From: Raja brachyura
Lineage: Eukaryota
Length of the DNA stretch: 64,000 nt
Reading direction: 5' to 3'
Assembly (NCBI GenBank): GCA_963514005.1
Contig: OY740785.1
Location: 21,080,001-21,144,000 of the forward strand
Position 1 is the stretch's first letter; every line of letters begins with the position of its first letter. The notes under the pieces are model-generated. The model had not been told where the DNA came from and did not search any database. It saw nothing but the letters and a program-made list of their open reading frames with translations. Position numbers and translations under genes: made by a program. Shown here piece by piece: positions 36,012 to 49,232 of the stretch.

Positions 36012-37039
36012 TAGCAATGTTACAAAATTTTGAGATAAAAAAAAATCAAGTCTGCAATTTATCCCATCAGATAAAGCATAAAAAGAAGTTTAATTTGACA
36101 CCTAAATCACTTTCATATCCTCAGTATTAAGAAAGTTATGGTCATTTTCATACTCGGAAATTAGCATCTTGTTCCCATTGCCTTTCAATTGACTTAACTC
36201 AAAAGCTGTGATCTGGAACAGTTAAAAGCCCATAACTTTCTTAAAAATTAAGAGAACTCAATGAAATTTTCAGTTATTATAGATTGAAGCATTCTGAAAG
36301 AAATATGAAACAATCTTACTTGGATTACCTGAAATTAAAGCATATAATTAGTTAGTTATATAATTGTAGCTAATTACAAAATTCAATGAGTAGATCTAAA
36401 CATCTATCCATTTCTTCAGAAAAGATAAACTTTTTTTTAATTGCCTAAGTGTCCAAATAACATTCACACAATAATCCACAATATAACATAATTTTTAAAT
36501 CTCATGAATTTTCATGAATTTCTGGGCCAAATGGAAGGAATTTAGTGTTTAATGCCTGTAAATTAATGGCCATTTAAATCACCTAGCGAGTGGGTTTTAG
36601 TGGAATGCGGTGGATTGGAACGTTGCGGTTAGTGGTGAAGTCGGGAGGAAAAATACTGTTTGTTCATACATTTTTTTGGATCCCATTTTGCAACATGAAA
36701 ATGTTATTAAAGCCTCCCGAAAAACCAACTTTTAATATAAAAATAAACTGTTTACCTTTTTTTCTCCCCTAAGCAAAATCCTTCCGCTCACGGCTTTTGA
36801 AGGTGATTTTTAAATTATTCTAGTTAATAAATAATTTAGAGTAATTTAAAAATGCCTTCATTCATGAAATGTTGGACCGATTTTTCTTCCGCAACGAAAT
36901 CGCCCAACATGGATCGATTTTCCCAGCCTGTGGAAAAACGGCACTTTAAGCCCGCCCCCCTCTGAAAGGCGCCAAAGTCACGCACACGGGGAGCGGCAGA
37001 ACTGCAGCGCTGCTCAAGGTAAGTTTTGTAACATACCTA
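36012..37039 (+). mobile_element. TAG..CTA family DNA transposon, copy 2
   Basis: Same TIRs; 7-bp TSD GCTATAG (36005-36011 / 37040-37046). Confidence 0.85.
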
Positions 37040-37439
37040 GCTATAGGATCTTTGAGCTGCACCGCTCGGCCCCGCACCAAACTGTCGGCTGTCGGAGGAG
37101 GGGAGGCGGTGGCGACGAATTCCCAACCACCTCCCCCTTTGGCGGCGGCACTTTGACGTTGGACAGGGACGGCCAAGGCAACGGGGCAATGTTCTCTGAG
37201 GAGCGCTGACCTTCCTCCCTCCCCACCTCCTCTGCCCCTTCCCCCCCCCTTTCTCTTTCTCTCTTGTACGCCCCCCTCCACCCCTCTTATCCTGGGACCC
37301 CTCCTCTCCATCCCACACTGATCCCCATTCTCTCCTCTATTCAGTCCTCACTGACATCCCCTGAGCTCCCCTCGCCATCTACCCCACCCCCCCCAATCTA
37401 TTCATCACCCTACCCACCTCGCATTGACTCTCCTGCCAC

Positions 37440-37960
37440 CCCCGTCCATCCTACACTGGTCTCCCAATTCATCCTGTACTGACCCCCCTTCTCATCCATC
37501 CTGCACTTCTCCCCCCCCCATTCATACTGCACTGATCCACCCATTCATCCCGTACTGACCCACCTTCCATTTACCCTGCACCAAACCCCCCATCCATCCT
37601 GTAGTGATCTTCCCATTCATCTTTTACTGATCCTCCATTCATCCTGTTCTGATCCCGTCATGCATCCTGTACTGATCCCCTCATTCATCCTGTACTGATC
37701 CCCTCATTCATCTTGTAGTGATCTCCCATTCATCCTGCACAGAACCTCCGATCCACACTGTCCTGACCCCCCCCCAGTCTGAAGAAGGGTCTCGACCCAA
37801 AACGTTGCCTATTTCCTTAGCTCCATAGATGCTGCCTCACCCGCTGAATTTCTCCAGCATTTTTGTCTACCCCCATTCATCCTGTACTGATCCCTCCCAT
37901 TCATCCTGTACTGATCCCCCCCCCATCCATCCCGTACTGATCCCCCATTCAACACCACTG
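37440..37960. repeat. ~21-bp minisatellite (CCCATTCATCCTGTACTGAT) interrupted by a Penelope-end repeat at ~37775-37870
   Basis: More than 12 degenerate units visible. Confidence 0.85.
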
Positions 37961-38708
37961 ACATCCACCGAGCTCTCCCCTCACAATTTTACATACTCCA
38001 ACCAACACGTACTAATTTATCTGCCTCAATCCAACCATTCCGCACCGACTGCCTTCTCAACCCCCCCCCCACCCCCACCCCACCCCGCTTATCCACCCCA
38101 CACCCTATTGTGATTCATGGTCTTCAGAGCGAACATTGACTATGTTTGATTACAGAATGCAATCAAATGTGTTTTAATTCCCAATGTTATTATTTGTTTT
38201 GACACCTTTAAACATATTACCAAAAGAACATTTGCTGCAGTTATGTCCTTTGGCCATCTCTTGTCAGTTAGTGTAATGTTTAACCTGTCAGGAGGGTATA
38301 GTCGGTTTTAACAGTTATTATCATAAAATGCCTTTAGACATTTCCTTGCAAACTGTATATTTTGTTAGGGATAAATTATGTGGGAAGCCAGAGTGTTTCT
38401 GTGCCAATAGCAATAACGACCCATGCTATGGCCGTGTCATGGTAATTTTCAGTCCTTCACAGAAAACATGCTTGCATCAATCTGTAGTGTGCATGGTCCA
38501 AGATTTATTGACACAGGGTGATCATTTGCTGAATAATCCAACCACATTTTTGTTTGGAAGTGGAAAGAAATAATAGAAATTGCTTTGTGTAAAAAGAGTT
38601 GAGATATTGTATTACAATTTTGCTGCATGTCATTGTGGTATATATCATGTCTTGATTGGTGAATATGTTTAGTTTGTGAATTATTTGAAGCAGAAATAAT
38701 ATTTGAAT

Positions 38709-38927
38709 GTAGACAAAAGTGCTGGAGAAACTCAGCGGATGTGGCAGCATCTATGGAGCGAAGGAAATAGGCAGCGTTTCGGGCCGAAACCCTTCTTCAG
38801 ACTGATGGGTTTCGGCCTGAAACGTTGCCTATTTCCTTTGCTCCATAGATGCTGCTGCACCCACTGAGTTTCACCAGCACTTTTGTCTACCTTTGATTTT
38901 CCAGCATCTGCAGTTCCTTCTTGAACA
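38709..38927. repeat. Palindromic pair of Penelope-derived ends
   Basis: 38709-38800 is the reverse complement of 38802-38890. Confidence 0.8.
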
Positions 38928-40610
38928 TAATATGTGAATGCTTCATTGAGCATAATTCTGACTGGTAACTACGCACTTCATCCGAGCACATTATCGCACG
39001 CGTCGTGCAAACCGTCTTAAATGACCACTTAAACTGTCATTTGGCAACTTAAAAAGCTGTCAATGTCCTATACCTGTTGACAGGAGTGAAATGAGAGTGT
39101 GGCCAGTGCAGTGCGGGTCCCAGATGATGCCGTGTCTTATTGAGGCAACAACCTCTGTAGATTGAAGATAGACACAAACTGCTGGCATAAATTAGCGGGA
39201 CAGGCAGCACCTCTGGAGAGAAGGAATAGGTGACGTTTCTGGGTTGAGTGTGTCTACCTTTGGTGTAAACCAGCATCTGCAGTTTCTTCCTACACACGTC
39301 TGTAGATCAGACTGGTATCTGTAAAATGGACCAATAACTTGTCAGTTATAGCTCTCCCTATTGGAATAACCATGTTTTTCTATTTCTGACTGAACCTGAC
39401 CACCAAATGTACATCTGCTCTGTGTCCTATCCCCTTGCCAATTTATTTGAAACTACTCTCAAAAAGAATGAGCAAACCTCCCAGCAAAGATATTGGAGCA
39501 TTCACATTGAGAAGAGTGAATTACAGTGCCCTCCATAATGTTTGGGACAAATCATTGATTTAGTTGCCTCTGTACTCCACAATTTGATATTTGTAATAGA
39601 AAAAAAATCACATGTGCTTTGTGCACATTTTCATATTTTAATAAAGGCCATTTTTATACATTATGATTTCACCATGTATAAATCACAGCAGTAATTATAC
39701 ATAGTCCCCCCATTTCAGGGCACCATAATGTTTGGGACGCAGCAATGTCATGTAAATGTAAGTAGTCATGTTTAATATTTTGTTGCATATCCTTTGCATT
39801 CAATGACTGCGTGAAGTCTGTGATTCATGGACATCACCAGCTGCTGGGTGTCTTCTCTGGTGATGCTCTACCAGGCCTGTATTGCAGCCATCTTCAGTTT
39901 ATGCTTGTTTTGGGAGCTAGTCCCCTTCAGTTTTCACTTCAGCATATAAAAGGCATGCTGAATTGGGGTCAGATCGGGTGATTGACTTGGCCACTCAAGC
40001 ATTGACCATTGTTTAGCTTTGAAAAACGAATTTGTTGCTATAGCAGTATGTTTGGGATCATTGTCATGCTGTCGAATAGTAAGATTAAACGAGAATTTAC
40101 CAGTTTGAAGTTTGATCCTTATTTTATGAGGAGTTACGATGAGGGATTACATGAAGAAGCCCCGCCAGGCGCATGCTTGTCATACTTCAAAGCAGTGGCG
40201 TGAAAGTACAGAAACAAATAGCCGAAGTAACATAGTAAGGCTTTTAGAAGACTAGAACTACCAGATGATCCTTTAGATTATGCGGGTGGGAGCGGAGGGC
40301 ACGTAATCCCCCATCATAACCCCTCATAAAATAAGGATCAAACTTCAAACTAGCAAGTTCTCGTTTAATCTTACCATTTTACTTCGGAGTCACGTGAGTG
40401 ATTACGTGAAGATTTCAAAGCTCTGTGATTTCATGCAGTGGATGCACTTCATACGACACTCTGCTTCGGTTGACACAGTAGTGAATAAATAATATATTGA
40501 ACATTGCTTCGAATTATTCAATAACTATTTTGAATAATAACAAAAAACAGTAATAACCCCTCTGTCCCGGGGGAAATTACAAACAATAATATGAAACAAA
40601 GCAAATGAAA

Positions 40611-41546
40611 TTAAATGCAACCCAAAACAGCATGCCCAAACCGTGGCCCCGTCTGTACAGGTTTGTCATAACATTTTGAAAATGTTGACTCTCTAGACCA
40701 TCCTGCGGCCCCGAGGATTTGATCTAGCGGCACGTCCTGAGCCTTCGCCGCGGATGTTGCTGCCGCCCTGGTGGAGTGAGATTTAAACACATGAGTGTCT
40801 ACTCCAGCATAATGCAGAACCTGTTTCAACCATCTAGAAATCTTTTGTACTGACACTCAGTTATATGTTTTTTTGTGACATTAGTCAGAACCTCTGAGAT
40901 GCTTCGTTAGCTCAATATATTGGCCTAAGTGTTTGACTACACAATTATTTGGTCAACAGGATATGCTTTAAAGATCACCTTGGTTCCAGCCATTCCTGGC
41001 CTGCTTTGCTTGATTAAATCATAGACATAAAATGTAATGTTATCTACAGACAATTACATGCAATCTAGTCGTAACAATTGTAATGTTTGTACCCTTTGCG
41101 CTGAAACAAGTGCCATTAGCATAACCACTTTAAGTGTTAATCTCTGAAAAGATAATGACGTAATTGGAGCCCATTGCCGAAGCAGTGTGAGAACTATACT
41201 GACATCCCAGATTTCTGTATATCTAGGCTTCGGAGGATTTTTTTTTTAACATTCCTCTCATGAAACGGGATACTAACGAATGAGACCCGATAGGTTGTTG
41301 TTGTTCTGAAAAATGCCCTAAATAGGAGGACAAAGCACTCCGAGCACTGTTAATGGCACTATAACTCAAGTGCTCATCAAAATGCAGCATAGCAAGGAAC
41401 TCCAACACATCACATATGCTTGCAGTATGATAAGATATATCTGATTGTACACAGAACATCTCCCATTTCTTTATATGAGACACATATTGTTTCTTAGTAC
41501 TATCTCTCCAAGCTGCAGTTATAACATCCATGGTCCTGTTTGACAA
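40611..41546 (-). pseudogene. DIRS tyrosine recombinase (frameshifted)
   Basis: N-terminal WRDSTKKQY..SARSALS domain plus catalytic HSTR box. Confidence 0.85.
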
Positions 41547-41569
41547 TCCAAGGCATTGGAACGATCTGG

Positions 41570-43250
41570 TCAGAACCTGCAGACCAACAAATTAATACGG
41601 TCATGTAACGGGTGACTTTCCCCTGTAACCGGATGCACCAACAAACTACTGCAGCTGGGAATGGTCATGAATGGCTGCGTCATCATTCTTAGTACTAATG
41701 GGAACCATGGTTGTGTTGGCCAGTCTGGAACCACCAAAACGCCTGTGGCGGAGTCACGCTCTATTTTGGTGAGGCATTGCCTGATCAGACAAAATGGAGG
41801 AAAAGCATAAAAGAATGAATGTTCCCAATGTAGCGAGAATGCATCCACCGCTACTGCTCCTGAATCCGGCTCCCATGAAACATATTTAGGCAACTGAGAA
41901 TTCAATCTGGATGCATACAGATCAATATCTGGCAACCCGAATCGAGAGATAATTGTTTGAAAATTTTGAGGATTTAACATCCATTCTATATTGTCATTGA
42001 ACTTTTTACTTTTGTCTGCCACCACATCGTCTCTACCTGGTAGATAGATGGCTGAAACCCAGATGTTCCTTGAAATACACCAGTGCCACATAAGGTTAGC
42101 CAATTTATCACATGATACTGATCTGGCTCCTTCCATTGATTAATATATGCCACGGCTGTGGTGTTATTGATCTGGAGTTGAATATGTAAATTATTAATTG
42201 TGGAACAATAGGCTTTTAATCCATAAAATGCCCCCAATAACTCCAAATAATTTATCCCGTGTCTGTGGAGAATCAAATCTTCTTGTACATTCCATCTACC
42301 CCCACAGCTAGACTCGCTGTCCGTAGGTCCCCATCTGAGAGCGCTCATATCACTCTGTAAAACCACTGAAGGTTCCTGCACCAAAATGTTTTTGGTAGTT
42401 TGACTAACATTAATAATCCACCATTGTAATTTAGCTAGAGCTGTTGTTGGTAACTGCATAAACCGATCAAAATGGCCTGCATGCTCTTTTAGTGCTTGTT
42501 CTCTGGCTCTTTGCAGACTTTGATAATGCAAAGGTCCGAACTCTACTGCAGGAAAAGCTGCTTCCAATTTCCTAATCACCTTAGCTACTTCTTGGATGGA
42601 GGGATAAAGTTTTTGCACGAGGCAAGTACAGACATTTGTAATATCCACAGCCTTGGCTGTTGGTAATGTTACTGTCATATTAACCGAATCAACGAAAAAC
42701 CCCAAATACTCAATTTTTTGGACTGGCTGTAACTTGGACTTAGTTGGATGGACCAGAAACCCCAATCTTTCAAACAGATTCTTGGTTGCTGAAACTGACT
42801 CTTCTGATGATTCTTTAGTGTTGCTGATAATTAAGATATCATGTAAATAAGCCATTACAAGGTGATTATGGGCCCTTAATAGCCCCAGTACTGGTTTCAA
42901 CAATGTTGTAAACAGCCTAGAGGCTGAGCATAATCAATTAGGCAATGCTTTGTATTGCCACAGCTGTCCCATCCAATTAAATTTCAAGTATCTGTGATAA
43001 TGAGCATGAATTGGTACTGAATAATACGCATCTTGCAGCTCTATAGTTGCCATATAACAGCCCTATGATAACAGCTGTTTAGAAGTAACGAAGGTGTCCA
43101 TTTTAAAATGCCTATTTAGAACATAAGAATTTAAGTGAGTGAATAACTTTCCAACCCCCATCTTTTTTAGGTCTGGGGAATATATTAGACACAAATTGTT
43201 GAGGATGGTTAACCGTCCTCTCAATCACCCCTTTTTGGCATAAATTCTTA
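41570..43250 (-). pseudogene. DIRS RT-RNase H-methyltransferase-like ORF (disrupted)
   Basis: IEYLGF, INYLELLG, INNTTAVAYIN, YAFPPF, DWPTQPWFP. Confidence 0.85.
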
Positions 43251-44856
43251 ATCTATTCTTTTACCTGCTGAGGCTCTGGAGTAGAAAACACCAACACTCT
43301 ATTAGGCTTGTGCTGTTCAGGTGGGTCTATTCCTGAGATAAACTCAATTGTAGAACCTGACACAGTATTTAATATAAACCGATCAGATGTTATGCAGCAC
43401 CATTCATTATAAAACAATTGTAATCTACCTCCAACAGGAGGTTGTACACCAGAAACCTTATCCTTAACAACAATTCCCTGTACCTCCACAGTCGGCCTGT
43501 AAGGTTTCTTTCTGCCCATACTGGGGTTGTTGCTGGTCTGTCCTAGTGGATAAAATCGTTTCCCCACTGGCCTCCCTCTGCTGGGCCCAGCACCTGGATC
43601 CGACCTTCTGTACATCAAACCAGGCTTTTGTAATGGTCTTGAGATGGTTGGTTTCATCAACCCGATTGTTTTTGCCTCATCATCTATATCTCAAATCTGT
43701 TTAATGAGGTCTGCTCCAAATAGATAATCAGGCGGTTGTACATTTGTAGCCCTGCATAAAGCCGCAAATTTCTGATTTAATGTCGGCCGGATGGCGATCT
43801 TCCTAATGCAGTTTACTTCGAAGAATGCATTACAGACAAGGGCCAGCATGTCTTTCTGGGTTGATGTCATTGGCGTCCCTTGGACCGTTTTGCCGAATGC
43901 AGTTATTCCTGCCGCCACCAGTTGGAGGACGCGCTGAAAGCAAACTTCTTGTCCTCTCATAGATGCACTCATGGGTGCCCAGATTGTCGGGTTTACGGTG
44001 GGCACCCTAAGTGAGGCACAATTGATGGGTGTTTTGTATTTTGCCGTGGTTTCTTCCATCCTTAGACCCCTGGCTTATCAGAGTTTGGAGCATTTGTTCC
44101 ATATTTTGAAGTCTCCCCCACATTCTTTTTCTATCCGGAAGAATCTTCTTCTCCGTCAGATAAAACGGGTCTGACAGACTTACGTTTAGCTTTCTGGTGA
44201 GTTGCAGTGGCCTCAGTCTCCTGAGTCACTGGAGCTGGTGTAGATTGTTCAGTTGTCGGTATACCGGCAGCTGGTATCGGAACCGGCGTTACCCGTCTAA
44301 TCTCCCGACCCGATCTGATTTGTGAATCCGCATCTCCGCTGGATCCGCGCTTGGTCCGAACTCTCCTACCTGAACGCTCCATGCCACCGACTCCTACTGA
44401 CTCCACGAGCCAGATTTACGGCTTTTAAATACTTCCAGGAACAAGTTTAAACTCATTTACCTGTGAAGTTTCTACTTACCGCTGGTGGAGCTGCGCTCTC
44501 CAGCCCGTTCAGTGCGACATGCGTGGATGTAATGACGCACATGCGCCTGGCGGGGCTTCTTCACGTAGTCACTCACGTGACTCCGAAGTAAAATAGACCT
44601 TTGGCCATTGAGTTTTAAGGCATTTGTTTGAACTAGGATATGTCTATAGTTTTCAGAATTCATTATGCTACTACCATCAGCAGTTGTATCATCAATGAAG
44701 ATAAGTGAGCCAGATCCTTCAGCAGCCATACATGCACACCATAACTCCCCCACCACCGTGTTTCACAGATGAGGTGGTATGCTTTTGATCTTGGGCTGAT
44801 CCTTCTCTCCTCCATACTTTGCTCTTGCCATCACTCTGATATGTTAATCTTCATCT

Positions 44857-47800
44857 TGAAGCACTTAAAGCGAGTCACTTGTTGTGAACTCCAGAGAAAA
44901 CTTAATTAAATATGAAGGAACTTCAAAACAATAGCGGTGTGGCTGAGCTCAGAATAGCTGCATGGCGCTCTCGAGGCACACACAAAAACTCCCTTTTTAA
45001 TCCCTTATCTCCAACCCCCACCCCTCAGTCAAGCGCTTCTTCTGAGGACAGTCACAGTGGCGCAGTGGTAGAGTTGCTGCATTACAGAAAAATGCAGGGC
45101 CAGAGACCCGGGTCTTCGGTTTCCTCCCACACTCCAAAGACGTACAGGTTTGTAGGTTAATTGACTTGATAAAATGTAAACAATTGTCAGTGCTGAGTGA
45201 TGTTCTACCTAGAGCTTTTCAGCGTACTACATCCAGATCCAGATCCAGGGTTCGATTAAACAATGGCCCGACTATCAGATGGCGCCACATTAACCCCCCC
45301 AGAAACGGAGGAAATAAACGAGCAGGCCGACGAATGCAACGGCCTGATCTCATACCACAGGACCTGCTTTCGGACATCCCGCAGGCACGGAAAATGGGGG
45401 CTGAACTGGCGGATGCCCCCGACGGTGAGGCTGAACCACATGCAACGGCTGGCCAATGTCCACAAGCTGGCTTAAGATGTGTCACCGATCCACTCTCATG
45501 CCTTCCGCCCATGTCGAACACAAAAGTTGAAATGCCGTGCTGCAACACCCGGAATGGACCCTCATACAGGCATTGCAAAGGCGTACGATGAGCATCCCAA
45601 TGCAGGAACACATATGGGCAGTTCTCGAGAGCAGATGGAACATAGGAAAAAGCGACTCTGTGCCGAGGTGTTGGAACGGGAGAAAGCTTGCCCACCAGCT
45701 CCCGAAAATGCAACAGCACAGAGGAGGGCGACTCCTGCTGCTCCCACGCAGCCGGAATGAAATCACCTGGAATCGTGAGCCGTGCTTTCAAGGCATTCTT
45801 GAGACAGCAGTGGAAACACACAACCAACCTGTTAGATTGCAGATGGTAGGCTGTGGTGTTGTGCAGCTAAGCCCCCAACAACCGGGCCATGGCAGACCAC
45901 AATTCAGAGGTGAACTGTACGCCCCTGTCAGATGAGATGTCCACCGACACACCAAAACGAGCGATCCAATGAGCACCGAGGGCACAAGCACACATAGCAG
46001 CAGTGGTATCGGTGATCAGAACAGCCTCCCGCCATCGAGTAAAATGATCAACGATGGTAAACAGATGAGTAACCCCTCTGGATGAGGGCAATGGACCCAA
46101 AATATCCACATAGTTATGGTCAAAACGCCTATGGGGCACAGCAAAACCCTGCACGGGTGCCCTGACATGACGTTGGATTTTAGACATCTGACAGGAGGTA
46201 CACGTTCTCGCCCAGGGAGCGGCCTGATTGCGCAAACTATGTCACACATAATTGGCAGTCACCAACGCAATCGTTGCTCGGCTGAGCCAAGCCATAAACC
46301 AGATCGAAAACCTGGCTAGGCCAAGCTGCAGGAAGGATGGGTCTCGGCTGACCAGTCGACACGTCACAGAGGACCGTGGCACCAGCAGGACCAAAACGCA
46401 CATCCTCCAAAACCAAACCAGAAATAGCAATGCAGTAGGTGAGCACCTCATCATCGTCACGCTGCGCAGCCGGCAGTGCAGTATAATCAATACTCGGAGC
46501 CACCTCATGGACGGCATGGATGGTGGTGCGGGACAACCCATCTGCAACCAGGTCACTCTTCCCCACAATGTGCTGGACGCAAGTTGTGTATTCCGACACT
46601 AAAGCCAAATGGCGCTGTTGCCGTGCTGACCAGGGATCCGAGATCTTTGGAAAAGTGAATGTAAGAGGCTTGTGATCCGTGAAAGCAGTAAACTCCCTGC
46701 CCTCGAGTAAATATCAAAAATGGCGATCGGCCAGGTAAAGTGCAAGGAGCTCCCGATCAAACGCACTGTACTTCCGCTCAGCCGGGCTCAAAAAGGCGAG
46801 AGGTTGCCAGTGCCCATCCATCAACTGCTCGAATACACTCCCAACAGCAATGTCAGAAGCATCAACTGTCCGGGCAATGGAGCATCAACTTGTGGATGGA
46901 CCAACTTCGTCACATTCGCCAGAGCCTCCTTTGTGTCCTCAAACGCAGCCGTGGCGTCATCGTCCCACACGAGGCTACGCTGCTTGCTAGACATGAACCT
47001 AAACAACTGCCGCATAATCCGAGCCGCCGCAGGCACGAAACAATGGTAAAAATTGACCATCCCGACAAACTCCTGCAGGCCACGCACCGTGGATGGTCGA
47101 GGAAAATGCCAAATGGCGTCAACCTTACTCTGGAGCGGCAACGCCCCCTGTGATGTAATACGATGCCCCAGAAAAGTGATAGAACTCAGACCAAACTGAC
47201 ATTTTGCGAGGTTGACGGCTAGTCCATATTCGCTGACACAGCAAACGGATGTGGGCGCAGTGCTCCTGCCGAGAGTGACTGGCGATGAGGTTATCGTTCA
47301 AGTAAATAAATAAAAAGTCCAAACCACGACCTACCATGCCATGAGGCGCTGGAAAACCTGTCCTTAAGACCAAAAGGCATACGTATGAACTCGAACAGCC
47401 CAAAGGGGGTAATGATAGCAGTTTTGGGGACATCAGCCAGATGAACTGGAATCTGATGATAACCTTTCACCAGGTCGATCTTTGAAAAAAGTTTGGTGCC
47501 ATTCAAATGGGCCTTGAAATCCTGGATATGTGGAACAAGATATCGATCAGCCACCGTGACATCATTTAAACGGCGTTAATCCCCACAAGGCCTCCAGCTC
47601 CCATTCGCTTTGGGAGCCATGTGAAGTGGAGAGGCCCACGGGCTATCAGAACGACGCACAATCCCCATCTCCATTTGTAGGAACTCCACCTTGGCAGTGC
47701 GAAGCTTGTCAGGAGGCAAACGGCGTGCCCGCGCATGCAGTGGTGGGCCGGTGATTTTAAAATGATGTAAAACCCCATGTTTGGAAATGACTGACTGAAA

Positions 47801-48960
47801 CTGAGGGGTAAGAATGACAGGGAAGTCCGCCAATATCTGAGCGTATATATTGTCAGCAGCGGAAACTGGGTCGAGGCGAGGCAGAGGAACTGGTGCGGGG
47901 CGAAGGGAAATCGACTCCAAAGTTCCAGAATGTACGAGTCACTGCCCAGCACATCAACTAACAGGGATTGTGCATGAAGAAAATCGGCGCCCAGCAACGG
48001 CTGGGACATGTCGGCCACAGTGAAAGTCCATGTAAAATGGCAGGAGCCGAAAATAAGCGGGACCATACGAAAACCATAGGTACGGATGAGGCTGCCGTTA
48101 ACTGCGGTAAGAGCAGGCCACCGCTTAACTGATCAAGTGTCGACTCCTGCTGGGGGGCAAAACGCTGACCTCGGCACCCGTGTCCACCAGAAACCACCGT
48201 CCCAAATGACGGTCCCGGGCGTAGAGGCGATTCTTCTGGCCAGCCGCAGCATTTCCCGGATACAAGCAGGGCAGACGACATTGGTGGGCGCAGGACCCCA
48301 GCGTTGGTGGTAGTAGCACCACCTACTTCTACCCACGTCACTAAAAACCGGCCTTCTGATGGAACCCTCAATCGAAACCACCGACACCCGACCGATGGAA
48401 AAGGCACCCCGCTGTTTGGCCTCCTACAGCTCATCGGCACATTCAGCCAGCTGCAACGGGTCAGAAAAATCATCACTCGCAAGGAGCAGGCGGATGTTCT
48501 TGGGCATTTGCTCCAGGAATATGTGCTTGAAAAGGAAACGGCTGATTACCGCCCATCAAGGTAAGCATTTCGCTCATCAGAACCGACAGCTTGCAGTCAC
48601 CGATATCACCCATGTTCAGAATCCTCGCAGCCAGCTCACGCTCGCTGGGCCCGAAAGTGCATAAAAGGAGCGCCTTAAGGCCATCAAACATTCCAGAGGC
48701 TGGCGGTTGGCGAAGAAAATGAACAAGATGACCGGCCGTGTCCTGATCCAAGACCCCGACCATGTAATAGAATATTGTGTCATCAGCAGTAATATGCCGA
48801 ATATGAAATTGAGCCACGGCCTGAAACCATACGTGCGGCTGCGGCATCCAAAACACGGGTAATTTTACTGCAACGGCATTCTGCTGATCCAGAGGGCCGG
48901 CGTTCTACTGAGCCAGAGGGCTGACGTTCTACTGAGCCAGAGGGCCGACAGCATCGGGCG
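44857..48960 (-). mobile_element. Degraded Gypsy LTR retrotransposon, 5' LTR missing
   Basis: gag NAVAVKLPVFW..PHVWF; protease FLVDTGAEVS; RT FSKIDLVKGYHQIP, YLNDNL; integrase SDRGVQFTS; G-rich PPT at ~45294-45300 then TG at 45289. Putative 3' LTR ~44857-45289 carries a SINE piece at ~45052-45190. Confidence 0.85.
48890..48948. repeat. 24-bp tandem repeat (~2.5 copies) in the Gypsy gag 5' region
   Basis: CCAGAGGGC(C/T)G(G/A)CGTTCTACTGAG units. Confidence 0.75.
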
Positions 48961-48999
48961 GGCTGTTGGCAGTAATAGGATGGTAAATTATGATTTGTA

Positions 49000-49213
49000 T
49001 AGTATAGGAAGGAACTGCAGATACTGGTTTAAACCGAAGATAGACACAAAATGCTGGAGTAACTCAGCGGACTAGGCAGCATCTCTGAAGTGAAGGAATG
49101 GGTGACTTTTCGGGTCGAACCTTTCTTCAGACCGAAGAAGGGTCTCGACTTGAAACATCACCCATTCCTTCTCTCCAGAGATGATTCCTGTCCCACTGAG
49201 TTACTCCAGCATT
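49000..49213. repeat. Palindromic Penelope-derived end pair
   Basis: AAATGCTGGAGTAACTCAG ... CTGAGTTACTCCAGCATTT arms. Confidence 0.75.
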
Positions 49214-49232
49214 TCATAATAATTATCATAAC

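Larger units (their letters stand above)
40075..44594 (-). mobile_element. Full-length degraded DIRS1-type tyrosine-recombinase retrotransposon
   Basis: gag (44406-43691), RT/RNase H (43250-41986, YLHD), methyltransferase-like domain (DIDLYAS..YAFPPF), YR (HSTRAAATS..GW..F..Y), inverted termini and ICR at 40301-40411. Confidence 0.93.
39524..44856 (-). mobile_element. Tc1 transposon relic (IR/DR type), split by DIRS and truncated by Gypsy
   Basis: TA|CAGTGCCC terminus; DR CCATAATGTTTGGGAC at 39533 and 39723; transposase SVKHGGG..LIFIDD..GQRSI (44595-44800) continues as [19 protein letters not shown] (40074-39780). Confidence 0.88.

Noticed and set aside
37440-37960. CRISPR-like array
   Set aside because: No unique spacers; eukaryotic minisatellite. 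The same applies to 60310-60455.
38369-38441. Possible exon DKLCGKPECFCANSNNDPCYGRVM
   Set aside because: Has AG/GT ends but no recognisable homology and no partner exons.
40611-42136. Phage integrase plus methyltransferase as bacterial contamination or gene transfer
   Set aside because: Both are standard DIRS1 domains inside DIRS termini.
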